Positions 39,086 through 51,310 of a stretch of 64,000 nt of DNA are shown piece by piece (the stretch's first letter is position 1; each line of letters opens with the position of its first letter). Source of the DNA: Octopus bimaculoides (Eukaryota). The stretch spans positions 81,674,834 through 81,738,833 of the forward strand of contig NC_068986.1 of assembly GCF_001194135.2 (NCBI RefSeq), read 5' to 3'. The position numbers and the translations under genes are program-made. The notes under the pieces are model-generated. The model worked only from the letters and a program-made list of their open reading frames with translations. It was not told where the DNA came from and ran no database searches.

Positions 39086-39988
39086 ATGAGTACTTAGCAA
39101 TAGGAAGGGCACTTGCTTGTAAAAACTTGTTACAACATTATGAATGCTTCTGGGTTAGTATGACATGATTAGGTGTGAAACTGAAATAGAATATGTCTCG
39201 TGAAAGAGATATGACTGTGTGTATGTGCATGTGTGTGAATCTAGTAGAGTTCTGTGCAGTCACTAAGAAGATGTCTTACCATTAATATGTGTAGAAGTGC
39301 ATGTATGTGACTGGTAAGCTAGTTCAAACTGTATTATATCTATATTTTTCTATTAAATTATCAAACTAATTAAATAAAATCATCATAAATCTATTTCAAA
39401 AGCAATGCAAGAAGTATCATTCTATGAGAGACTAATTAAAGATATAATTACAGTGCCAATCTAATGAATCCTTAGCATAGAAGATTAAAAGTTAATAATT
39501 GCGTAATTTCTGTCACTGCAAAAACAACTATTCCGTTTTCTGTTACTGATTTTTGATTAACCCAAACCAGATTACCTGTATTTTATTACATCATCTTGAC
39601 CAAAACAGGATTACAGGTGAATTAACCCTGCTTGTGTATTATATTGGGTCCAGCTTTTATTGCATTATCTTGATTGAAACGAGGTTACTGGTGTGTTTAA
39701 CCCTGCATGTGCATAATATTGGAGCCAACTTTTATTAGGTTACATTTTTGAACTATCAAAAATTCATTTTCTTTTTGTGCTAGCATGGGTTGAATAAATC
39801 TTTAATGCCAATGTTTTACTAGATCTGTGCTCTTAAAGTTTCTTGTATAAGGTCTGGATTTGGTTTTTATAACATTTATTGAAGTTCATAGAGGATTATG
39901 GAAATGGTAAGAAATGTCTTTAAATAACATGCAAATTAGATTTTCTTTCAATTTCCATTATCCTTTTGGAGTATCCTTACGCTACATG

Positions 39989-40215
39989 AACAATTTAGCA
40001 TTTAAACTGACCATATCTGGCCAATGTATTCTACTTGTTTTATGTTTAAATAGACCAGATCTGGCTTCCCACACCTAGCCTACAATGTCATTCTAAAAAA
40101 TAAGCGATCACGTCATCGAAATCTCAAAGCTACCAGATATTGCATGATTAATTCAAAATAATGTGAATAAATAAGCAGTACATTTGACTGAGTAATGTGA
40201 ATGCTAAAGAATTAA
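39989..40215. mobile_element. piggyBac-like MITE family 1 (degraded termini)
   Basis: Internal ctacaatgtcattct...gcatgattaattcaaaa...tacatttgac and terminal tgctaaag. Confidence 0.75.
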
Positions 40216-40679
40216 AGCAAAAATTATATTTGCCTGTGTGGCCCTTTTGGAAGTTAGTGACAACAAATTAACTGTTGGCTCTGCAGGTTTAATGTCACTT
40301 ACATGTTAAAATATGCATACATACAAGTGTCTATAAATACATATGTAAATAAATATATTGGCCTGGGACTGTAATAGAACATGAGATAATCATGGCTGGA
40401 ATGCTTTTGATCATTAGTCTGCTTCATCGGGAATGAGAAACATAAGCTAATAAGGGAACAAGCCACTTGCTTGAACTGCTAAAAATAACAACCGAATTTC
40501 CTATAAATCACACCCTACTATTTTAGAATGTAAAGGCTACATTGAATAATGCAGTCCCAAATAAAAGATGGTATGGTCACTTGGGGTTAAAAAACAACAA
40601 CATACTGTGAGAGTTCCAGGTTCAATCTTTCAAAGCAGCAACTTCTATGATTGTTCTCCTCATATATTACTATATATAT

Positions 40680-40714
<35 letters not shown>

Positions 40715-41020
40715 TTAACGTCTGTTGTCCATGCTGGCATGGAGTAGATGGTTTGACTGGGCTGGCAAGCTAGAAAGCTACACCAGACTCTTGTCTTATT
40801 TGGCATGGTTTTCTACAGCTGGATGCCCTTCCTTACACCAACCACTTCAAGAGTGTAATGGGTGCTTTTACATGTCATTTGTGTGACACTGGGGTGCATT
40901 TACATACCACTGGCACAGGCGCCAATTTGTGTGTTACTGATATCTGCCATGACTGCAATTTTGCTCAACTTGATAGGGCTTCTTCTCAAGAATGACATAA
41001 TGCCAAAGGTCTTGGTCATT

Positions 41021-41175
41021 GCCTCCGTGAGGTCCAACACTCGAAAGGAACTCTGCCACTTTACCCCCATGAGGCCTAATGCTCGAAAGAAACTCAGCCA
41101 CTTTGCCTCTGTGAGGCCCAATGCTCAAAAGGAACTCAGTCACTTTGCCTCTGTGAGGCTCAAAGTTTGAAGTTC
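41021..41175. repeat. 42-bp tandem repeat (~3.6 copies) within the RTE C-terminus
   Basis: Units start at 41021, 41063, 41105 and 41147 (gcctctgtgaggcccaatgctcaaaaggaactcagtcacttt). Confidence 0.9.
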
Positions 41176-41495
41176 ATGCTTCACCACCTCATCCCATGTT
41201 TTCCTGAGTCTACCTCTACCACAGGTTCCCTCCACAGTTAGAGATCAGCACTTCTTTACACTGCTGTCCTCCTCCATATGCATCACATGACCATACCAGC
41301 ACAGTCATCTCTCTTGTACACCACGTCCGAGTCAACTTATGTCTAACTTTTCTCTCAAGATGCTTACACACTGTCAAAAATGCACACTGACATTGCACAT
41401 CCAGTGAAACATACTTGCTTCATTTCTTACAAGCCTATGCTATGACAGTCCTTGGCTGTCATAGCTCATGTTTCACTGTTATGCAGCATAGCTGT

Positions 41496-42302
41496 TCACA
41501 CATAGGCATCAAACAATCTGCCTTTCACTCTGATAGAGAGGCTCTTTCTTGCCAGCAAGGGTAGGAGCTCTCTGAACTTTGCCCAGCCTAACCTTATTCT
41601 CATATCTACACTCTCAGAGCATCCACCTCCACTACTAACTTGGTCACTTGGATAACGGAAGCTACCTGCTATCTCTAGCTTCTCCCTGTGGCAGTTGATA
41701 GAGGCTATTTTCTGCACATTATCAGCATTTATTGTACCTGTGCATCTTCCACATACAAAAGCTAGTTTCCCTATTAACCTTCCTCTGATGTTGCTGCACC
41801 TAAGCTTACATTGGGTGCACCTTATGGAGTTTCTACCCACACCATTTCTACAGATCAAGCAGGGCCATTTGCCTGAAGGGATTTGTGATTTGCCTGCCTT
41901 CCTACTTACTAAGACTTTGGTTTTTGGTATGTTAACTCTAAAGCTCTTTGATTCTAGACCTTGCTTCCATACTTGGAACTTCTTCTCTAGTTCAGGTAGT
42001 GATTCAGCTATAAGAGCAAGGTCATCAGCATAGAGTAGCTCCCAGGGGCAGCCTGTCTTCTTGAATTCCTCTGTTATTGCCTGGAGGACTATCATGAATA
42101 AGAGGGACTGAGCACTGATCCTTGGTGAACCTCTACTTCTACCCTGAATTCTTTGCTGTACCCTCACCCTACCGGTAGCTTCCCTGTACATAGCTTGTAC
42201 AGCTCTCATCAGCCACTCATCTATCCCTAGTTTCTGCACTGACCACCAGGTAAGAGAATGGGGGATCCTATCAAAAACTTTCTCCAAGTCAACAAAAGCC
42301 AA
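41496..42302 (-). pseudogene. RTE reverse transcriptase ORF remnant (268 aa) with a Cys-rich insert
   Basis: Provided ORF with YADD motif. The region between RVRV and LLFMIV is frameshifted and upstream codons contain stops, so it is non-functional. Confidence 0.9.
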
Positions 42303-42451
42303 GTGCAGAAGTTTATCATTAGCTATGTATTTCTCATGTAGTTACCTTACCAGAAATATAGCTTCAGTGGTGCTTCTCCCTGGCACAAAACCAAACTGCA
42401 TCTCATCTAGACTATCTCTCTAATTAGTTGGTCTATGACTCTCTCTGTAAC

Positions 42452-42498
<47 letters not shown>

Positions 42499-42738
42499 TA
42501 CACACACATATATATATACATACACATATGTATATACATGTATATATAGAGAGGTAATTATGCTGATAAACAAATTGGGTATATCAATTATATTAAATGT
42601 ATTTAAGATAATTAATGTACCTAATTTGTTTACCATCATAATTGCCTTTATATCCACTCAACTTGATCTCCCTCCTATAGCCAATTTTTATCTTGTGGGA
42701 TTGATCTATACTGAAAATCTTTGGATCTCATCTTTGTA

Positions 42739-42781
<43 letters not shown>

Positions 42782-43863
42782 CACTATACATTATTATGTG
42801 TTTACAGACAAACACACTCTTGATAAAGGAAGAATACATGGTATACAAAAAAAAAAATATTAGTCTTAGCTGAAAGACTTTCATTATATGTTTGTTCCAT
42901 TGGGCTACAAATGTTTCCTACCAACAGGAAATCTACTGCATCAATGTTTTACAACCCTCTTACTGTCATTTACTCTGGAGCTTAATGCATTTTATGATTC
43001 AATCTTTCACCCACATGCAAAAATGTACATGAAAGAATCACTTCGTTTAAAAGCCCTGCCATTTCCAAAATGCTATCTTTAAGATAGTATGCTAGTAGTA
43101 GACATTGTAATATAACAAGATTGTACATTGCATCTTGAAATCTATAGTTTTTTGTTATATGGCTTCGAATATATCAGCATTGCTTTTCTGTGATAATCAC
43201 TATTGATAATGTTTTAGTAGAAGAAGCATAGTATTTTAATTTCACAGTCTGTGTTGTTTTACTCATATCAATAACAAAATGGCCATTAAAACAACTGTGA
43301 AGATAATGATATCTTTGAAAAAAATAACTTCTTGTAAACAGAATATTTCAATTGTGACAAAAGACAATGTAATCTTGGAGTGAAATCAAAGTGATGTTTC
43401 TAATAAATTTTGTAAAATCATCTTCATCATCTTAAAAAATGTTTGTAGTTGAACACATTCAAGGTGACAGGTTAATACTGTTGTTTAAGAAAAATTATTA
43501 AGATATAGGATTAGATGAGTTTTGATGATAGATTCAGTGGAATCAATGATTTCCTTTAACTGGAAACAGGAAATTGGAAAAGAGAAGAGTAACAGAACCA
43601 TGATTTGTTTATTACCATAAATTCCATCACAGAGTTGTCTCGTTTAACCTGTACGAATAACAGAAATACATGCAGTGAAACATAATCATGGAAGTTCTAA
43701 AGAGACAAGATGAAGTATGGTAATATGGCACTAGGTTCATTTGCTGTAAATTAGAAGACAATGCCAATAGAATCCTCTGCCTTTTGTTGCTAGTTTCTGA
43801 TTTTAAGAATCTCAAAATTAAATGCTACTAATAAGTTTTCTTCAAAGAAATTTATATTTTTGT

Positions 43864-44505
43864 TACCCTGTGCACATAAGTGAAAGCAGGGTATTGTAAT
43901 CTTTCATCTTTGTCTATGTGTTTGCAAAATTACTGGAAAATGGCTGAACAGATTTTCACCACATTTGGCAGAAATACTCATTGGGTGAGTTGCTCAAAAT
44001 GATGAATATTTAGTTTGCTCATCTTTAAAAAAAAAAAATTGTTTTTTTAACTGAACTTAAAAATTTCCCAATATGCAAGTGGTCATATTATTTTGTTCAC
44101 TTTCTTCATATGAATCAACCCTCATTTGCATATGTATAGATCATGGTGTACCTATGCATGTAGACATGTGAGTACATACCTAGATCTGTAACTGTATGTG
44201 TGTACGTGTGTACGTACAGTGATGAATTTGAGGGTTTCATTTATTTACAACTTGATTTCTTAATTTTACCAGAGAATAAATACCTATAATGGTGATTCCT
44301 ATGAAAAAAATTAAATAAAAAGATCAAAAGAAAATCGAAATTACAAATTTCTCAATAAGCAAATGGTCATATTTTGTTCACTTTCTTTTTCACATGAATT
44401 GACCTTCATCTGCGTGTGTATAGATTATGGTGTACCTATGCATGTAGACATGTGGGTACATACATGAATACATAGATATGCAACTCTGTTGTGTATGTGT
44501 GTGTG

Positions 44506-44550
<45 letters not shown>

Positions 44551-44754
44551 ACTGATGGATTTGAGGGGTTTGTTTATTTACGAATTGATTACTTAATTTC
44601 ACCTGTGTATAAATACCTGTAATGGTGATACTTAAAAAAAAAAAATTAATTCAGTTCAGTTAAAATGTATGGGTAAGTAATGCATTGTAAGCCACACTAT
44701 AATTTGTGAAAAAATTTATCTGCATGCAGGCTAGGCATCACCCCTCCAATGCCT
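43864..44754 (+). mobile_element. Possible non-autonomous Helentron/DINE-1-like element with a central tandem duplication
   Basis: 5' inverted repeat taccctg-N16-cagggta; core gctgaacagattttcaccacatttgg; two ~285-bp tandem units (44061-44344, 44345-44650); 3' stem-loop aggcat-N10-atgcct followed by a T run. Confidence 0.45.
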
Positions 44755-44779
44755 TTTTTTCTCATTTAATATTGGTTTT

Positions 44780-44982
44780 AAATTTAGACACAATGCCAGC
44801 AAGTTCAGGTTTGGGGTTTGTAAATTACATCAACCCCAATGCTCAACTATTACTTATTTTATCGACCTTGAGAGGATGAAAGGCAAAGTTGCCCTTGGCA
44901 GATTTTGAACCCACTGTGTAAAGACAGACAAAATGCCATTAAACATTTTGTCCAGCATGCTAACGGTTCTGCCAGCTGCCTT
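44780..44982 (-). mobile_element. SINE family A copy
   Basis: ggatgaaaggcaaagttgccc...gcatgctaacggttctgccagctgcctt. Confidence 0.85.
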
Positions 44983-45283
44983 AAATTTTTAAAATTAATA
45001 TTGGCACATTCATCTAGTTTCTTTGGCACTTTCAAGTCAGGCAACTTGCTGACTCTATTTGACTCCATATCTACACAAGTTCACCTCCATGCAGCTGTTC
45101 ACCTCCACCCATTGTAAGCATTCATAGAAACAAAAAAAGTCATTTGCTTTCTTTATAAACTGTTTTACTAAGATTCGTGGGATCTGTTCTAATTAACAAG
45201 TTGTTCTTGAATGATTACAATGGACTCTCTTGCTGGAAATTATTTTGAGTAAAAATTGACGTTTATATTAGCTTGAGATAGTG

Positions 45284-45306
45284 TCTGTGTGTGTGTGTGG
45301 GTGTGC

Positions 45307-45400
<94 letters not shown>

Positions 45401-45421
45401 GTATATACATACATATGTATG

Positions 45422-45471
<50 letters not shown>

Positions 45472-45480
45472 AGTATATAC

Positions 45481-45511
<31 letters not shown>

Positions 45512-45590
45512 GGTAATATGTGTGTGTATATATATATGTATGTGTATATATATGTATGTGTATATATTTATATGTATGTGTATATATATA
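45284..45590. repeat. Compound (GT)n/(AT)n/(CA)n microsatellite field
   Basis: Seen directly; it explains the poly-IY ORFs. Confidence 0.95.
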
Positions 45591-47097
45591 TTATATTCAT
45601 CTTTTCCATTGTTACCTGATGTAAGTAGCTAATTAAATCCTACCATTTGTACTCTGGTTGTTGTAGCATTCTACTACAACAAATCATTGGCTACTAGCAA
45701 CCCTTTTGTTTTTAGGAACTTCTGTAATGTCTCTTCATAACTTCCAGACATTTGTCTGTACAAATATCTTTCAATACTTTTTTCATTGTCATTGAACTGA
45801 TGTCAATAATCTCTTGTGTTTTTATTTGTGTTATTTACTTATTAAACATCAGAACAGAGAGTAAACAACTCTATTGTCATGGTTGAGATAATCATTAAAA
45901 GTATGGTTTTTTTCCTGTTTTTTTTTTTTTTTTTTTCCTGTTGCTTATAAACCAAACGTTTTAACTTTGAATTTCTATAGAGGGATATTGCCATCATATA
46001 TCACATATTTGTTGTCATTCAGTTCCATCAAGTTAACAAGTGGCTAGTTCTTGTCACAATAAATAGTAAGCTATATTTTGTTTAGTCAGGTCTATTTCAG
46101 AAATAAGAGCCATTTGGAAATACTTCAATAGTGGGTGGCAGCCGCCACCCATTATATTGCACAACTTTTTCAAAAGGTTCGATTTTAATTAATTGTTTTT
46201 ATAGCTATATTCTTTTGAATGTAAACATTATTAAAAACTGATTCCCTTGGCCTTCGTCTGATGTTTTACATATTTTGTCGGCTGAAACATGAAACAGAAA
46301 TATACCAACATTTATAGTAAATCCCGTGATCATGGTAAACTCTGCATGTTCTATATATTTAACAGTCGATTTTTATTGTTGCTTTATTTTGTAATTTTGT
46401 TCTCGTGGGATAATGGTGGAATAGGAAAGGGGCAGACTGATATTTTTCCTGCTGAAAACTCTTGTTGCCAGAAATAGTTGTTATAAATGACTGTACTTCA
46501 TGGTTGATTTGTTTTATTGCATGGGCTGTTCACTTCATTGATTTCATGATAGAAAGGCGTGTGTGTGTGTGTGTGTATTTGTGTTGGAGTGGAAGGTGAG
46601 ATACTGAGTGATATACTTTGTTTCATTTCCTAATAAGGTATTTGATCACAAATCTACCTAATTACAAATAGATTTCTCCTTGCATCTCTGTAGTAGTTGT
46701 TTAAGGCAAGTATTAATGAGGGTCTGTATGACAGTAATAAACATTCTGATGTTGTATATCATATAAGATGACACCTCTTATTTATGGTGTTTTGCATATT
46801 TCAACAATGAGCAGTCTTGGGGGAAATTTTCCAAACATTGCTAAAATTGGTGTGAGAGGTGTCAAGTGTCATTGCAGTGCTAATCAAAATACAATAGTAA
46901 TGATTTTATTAAAGCCCTGCAAAAGCCTGTTACACATGTGTGTGATCAGTATTGTCACACATTCATTTTTTATTTGCTAATATAGGTTAAATGAGACTTA
47001 CTGATGCTGTTTACTATTGTGAGATGTCTTTCTTGTCACCATCTTTTATATGTTTTTCCAGTAAGGTATTTTTCCTCTCCTATTCCTCACACATAAA

Positions 47098-47377
47098 GGT
47101 GCCGCTGAACTGGCACCTGTGCAGGTGACACGTAAAAAACCCATTTGAGCGTGGCCATTGCCAGTACTGCCTGACTGGTCCTCGTGCCGGTATCATGTAA
47201 AAGCACCCACTACACTCTCGGAGCGGTTGGTATTAGGGAGGACATCCAACTGTAGAAACTCTGCCAGATCAGATTGGAGCCTGGTGCAGCCATCTGGTTC
47301 ATTAGTCCTCAGTCAAATCGTCCAACCCATGCCAGCATGGAAAGCAGACGTTAAATGATGAAGATGATGATGATGAC
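47098..47377 (+). mobile_element. Short RTE-tail element (family D)
   Basis: aaaagcacccactacactctcggagcggttgg...catggaaagcagacgttaaa plus (GAT)n. Confidence 0.88.
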
Positions 47378-47501
47378 AGACCAACGAAGCAGATGAACAC
47401 TAGGACTTTTGTTTACTAGAGAACATAAGCAATGTTGCCATTTTTCATTCAAATGGTGTTAATGAGAGACATATGGAATCAACATGTGTATGCAATTGCA
47501 T

Positions 47502-47537
<36 letters not shown>

Positions 47538-47944
47538 TGCCAGCACGAAAAACAGACATTACTTGATGATGATGATGATGATGATGATGAAGGCCAGTAC
47601 AGTACAAACTGGAAATAAAGGGATGAAAACAGAAGCAGAGTAAAACAAACAGCGAGTTTACACTTTTACCTTACATGCGAAATATTTTGGAGTTAAAAAC
47701 CTATTTATTAAAAGAAAATGGGTGATAGTAATGAACTGGTGTGAGAGACGGAGGCTGTAACATGTACAGTCTGGTATTGTTACTATTATTAATCAGCTTC
47801 ATGCAGTTCACTTCTATGATTGAAAGAGGATAGCAATTTTAATTCTTAAATACCCAATTTCTGTTTGATGGCTTTTGATAGTGTTCATGATGTCTTGGAT
47901 GTGATCTTCCATAACAGTTGAACTTATGCATACATATTCTTTAA

Positions 47945-48160
47945 CCCTTTAGCATTCAAACTGGCCATACCTGGCCAAAATATTCTACTTGCTTAATGCT
48001 GAAACTGGCCAAATCTGGTCTCTTACATTTACCCTACAATGTCATACTGGAAGTAAAGTATCACATCATTGAAAGCTACAAAATAATGTATGATTAATTC
48101 AAAACAACAACATGAATAAATAAGCTTTACATTTGACACAATAATCTAAATGCTAAAGGG
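47945..48160. mobile_element. piggyBac-like MITE family 1
   Basis: TTAA at 47941-47944; termini ccctttagcatt / aatgctaaaggg; right flank ctta. Confidence 0.85.
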
Positions 48161-50559
48161 CTTATACTGCTTGTAGACAGTGCTTTTTGATGAGTGCAGG
48201 CATTCTCAACCATGGTTTCTCAAACTTGGTTTCAGGTTCAGTCCTACTGCATAGCTCCTGATTGATCAAAGCCTTATGACCTGATTTGGTAGATGGAAAC
48301 TGAAATCTTGTGTGCATGTGTGTGCGCACATATGTAGAAAACACATAATAAGAGCCTGAAAGATTGCTTGGAGGTACATAGCATATTTTATAGACATGCC
48401 TGTTCAAGTATCATCAAAGTATGAAACTTTAATAGCTTTATCAGTTCTGTATTAAATTGGTAATATTTATATTTATTTGTGTGTGTGTGTGTGTGTGTGT
48501 ATTTGCATTCTGTCGTGACATTGCATATTAGTTATAAATGAGTGTCTTTGTCATACAAGCGGTGACATTCATTTCTACCATGGTTATGATGAAATATTAC
48601 CTTGCTAAAAACAGGTGAGGGGTTGGCAGTAGAAAGGACATTCATAGAAAATCTGCCTCAATAAACTCTGTCTGATTCCTGCAAGCATGGAAAATGACAA
48701 TAATGATGAAAATAATGATGATGGTACATGCATATATTTATATGTGCATGTGTGTATCTTGCCAATATAATTGGTATAGGATCTTTGTAGATAAAAAAAA
48801 TAATGGTACTTCTTGAACAAAGTTTTTGCAGTGTTCGTGGGGCTGATAGTTATATTCCTGCAGTGTTAATAGGTTTGGTAGTCAACTTACTACAACTGTA
48901 TGTCTTCGTTTATATATCCACAGTTTTACTACTGTATTCTAGCTATTTGCATTTGATTTGTTACAGAGAATACCATACCAAAACTCTCACAATTACTTGT
49001 AGTGTCTCTTTCACTTGCCATGTAATAAAATAGATGTTTTGTCTCACAACCAGTTTGTTTTACTCTGTGCTGGTAATAAGGTGGTGCTGGTATTTGGGGG
49101 CTGTCTTGTCAAGTAACTACTAGGATACAAAGATTATTGATTTGCAATTTTGGAATTTAGATGAAGATAAGTTGCTAGGCTTTGGCATATATTTACTTCC
49201 TAGCTTCCTTAATTATTAACTAAATCTCTAGTTGTTAACTGGATTGACTTTTCCTGTGTCATATAATTGATGGTGGTAAAAGTTGGCCGTGTGCCCATTG
49301 GTTTGAATGAAAGAAATGACATTCTACTTGTGTGTGATCTGAAAGTGAAGGAGGTGGTTGTAACTATTATGGATTGGTTAATTGCATATTATCCAAAACA
49401 TAAAACATGATCAAAATCAGCAACTTTAAACCGGAATGTTGTCATTGGTACTTGCACATTTGACCAATGAGGAGCCTGCTGTCTTTGAAGATTATAGATT
49501 TTAGAAATATAGTAATTCTTCCTTAATAACTAGGTCACAGTTTCTAACTGCTAGTAGCACTTGATGCAGAATTTAATCGACCATGCCAAACAGCCATTTA
49601 TTTTTTCATTGTGTGTGAAATTTGCTAAACATTTGTAGCAATATTGCCTGGAGACAGTATTCTAGTATGAAATGATAAGTCTCACTGGTGCTGGAATTTG
49701 ATTGTTCGTAAATTTCACATCTTAATTAGTTTCAGGGACAGGGTAATCGTTTTAACTGACCTGGCTTCAAGACAATTAGTTTTCTCTGTACACAAACTGT
49801 ATGGTTTTCATAGATTTTATTTTAAAACTTCTTTTTTTTTTATTTATAACTTTCTGAATGGTTCTGGAAATGTAATTTAGTAGAGACATCTATAGCTGTT
49901 ATAATGGAAAGGTTGAGGATGCCAGAAAGATATAGGGTTGGGTTTGGGTACAGTGGAACATTATTGACATAGTTTAGCTTGTTGCTGATTTTTTTCATCT
50001 TATTATTTCAATTTTATTTATCATAACACATGAATATTCTTAATTATGTCTAGATTTAATTCATCTCTTTTTTTTTCTTATTCTTTTTTTTCTTTTTTTT
50101 TTTTTTATCAAAAGCTGCAGCTATAACAAATGAAACTTATGGTTATTAAGCTCCGTGAGATGAACACAGGTCTATTACATTGATTTGTTCAGCAGGTTTT
50201 TATACTGGTAACTTCAGTATCAAAATGATGTGGGGATGTAAACATGACAGTTACCAGTTTTAACGGTGTATAATTGAAAACTAAAATATGCACAGAAATA
50301 AACAGTAAACTTGGTGTTTGTTGGTGATTTTCCTTAGAAAATTAGTATTTCATCCATCTATGTACATATTTTATATCCACATTCAGTAAAAAGAAAAAAA
50401 AGAAGAAAAAAAATCAATCCTGCTTATCATCTATCTGCAGGAATAATTAGCAAGACATTGATCTATTGCTACTTCTGTGGTGTCTCTGCCAAGGTGTAAA
50501 ACTATATCAGAATAGTTTCTAGCACTTTGATCAATTAGCACTGGATTCCACTTGTACTA

Positions 50560-50910
50560 CTACTACCATCACCACCACTACCACTCTATTACTGTACATC
50601 ACAACCTCCCCTCTCCTACTGTACACCACCATCACCACTCTGTTACTATATGTCACTATCTCCACTCTGCCACTATACCACCTCCACTTTGCTGTTGTAC
50701 ACCACCTCCAATCTACACCACTTCCTCTCTACTGTACACCACCGCCACTCTATTGTACACCACCTCTTTACTGTTGTACACCACATCTATTCTACTATTG
50801 TGCACCACCCCTGCTCTAATGTACACCACCTTCACTCTGTTGTACACCACCACCATTTTACCACTGTGCACCACCTCCACTCTATTGCTGTATGCCACCA
50901 TCACTACCAC
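50560..50910. repeat. Degenerate ~21-27-bp minisatellite built on TGTACACCACC
   Basis: More than 10 recurrences of (t)gtacaccac(c); it explains the His/Thr-rich ORFs. Confidence 0.8.
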
Positions 50911-51099
50911 TCTGCTATGGTCTCAGAATTCAAAATCATGTGTACAGTAGTAGAGTGGTGCAGTTGCACTGTGTGGCACCTTGGGCCTGTGAGACCACAT
51001 CTTGAAATAGGAGGTCCTGCAGCATGTAAATGGACTTAGTGTTGGGTCTCCTATTGGACTTAGTGTTGGGTCTCCTATTGGACACGATCCATTTTGAAA

Positions 51100-51310
51100 A
51101 CACTAAAATGGCTGTACTCTAAATTGAGCTGAAATATGGAAGCTATCAAACTGGGCACTCAGAACTTTGTCACAAGGACATCATTAAGTGACATCCTACT
51201 GAAGCAGATGACCTGATTGTGACTGCATGGGAGAAAATGGCAATTGACTGCAAACAATGGCAGACGGCCATAAAGAAATGAGCAAATGTTAGTCAAATTG
51301 GGTAAGACAA
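51100..51310 (+). mobile_element. Degraded 3' end of an RTE (BovB-like) LINE
   Basis: LYSxLKYGS..TGH..LCHKDII...WEKMAIDCKQWQTAI resembles LYGEL..G.R..G...RYKD.......WE..A.DR..WR. Confidence 0.5.

Larger units (their letters stand above)
40681..42430 (-). mobile_element. 5'-truncated RTE-clade LINE with (GAT)n tail
   Basis: QFGFVPGRSTTEAIFLVR, LAFVDLEKVFDRIP, ELLYADDL, VNIPKTK, RIRLGWAKFRELLPLL, WYGHVM, GRGRLRKTW. The 3' UTR contains ggcatccagctgtagaaa and the (TCA)n tail lies at 40681-40714. Confidence 0.93.

Noticed and set aside
41021-41175. Regularly spaced repeats (also 54741-55092 and 26378-26620) as CRISPR-like arrays
   Set aside because: The units are contiguous tandem copies without unique spacers, there are no cas genes, and the context is eukaryotic.
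43724-43745. tatggcactaggttcatttgct resembles miR-183/miR-96 family mature sequences
   Set aside because: The only partner strand leaves a ~1-nt loop and several mismatches, so no plausible pre-miRNA hairpin forms.
42428-45619. Poly-IY, HT and VC ORFs (and poly-L/I/N/Y/T ORFs elsewhere, e.g. 4646-4886, 7273-7598, 38923-39168)
   Set aside because: They are translations of di- and trinucleotide microsatellites, with no coding signature.
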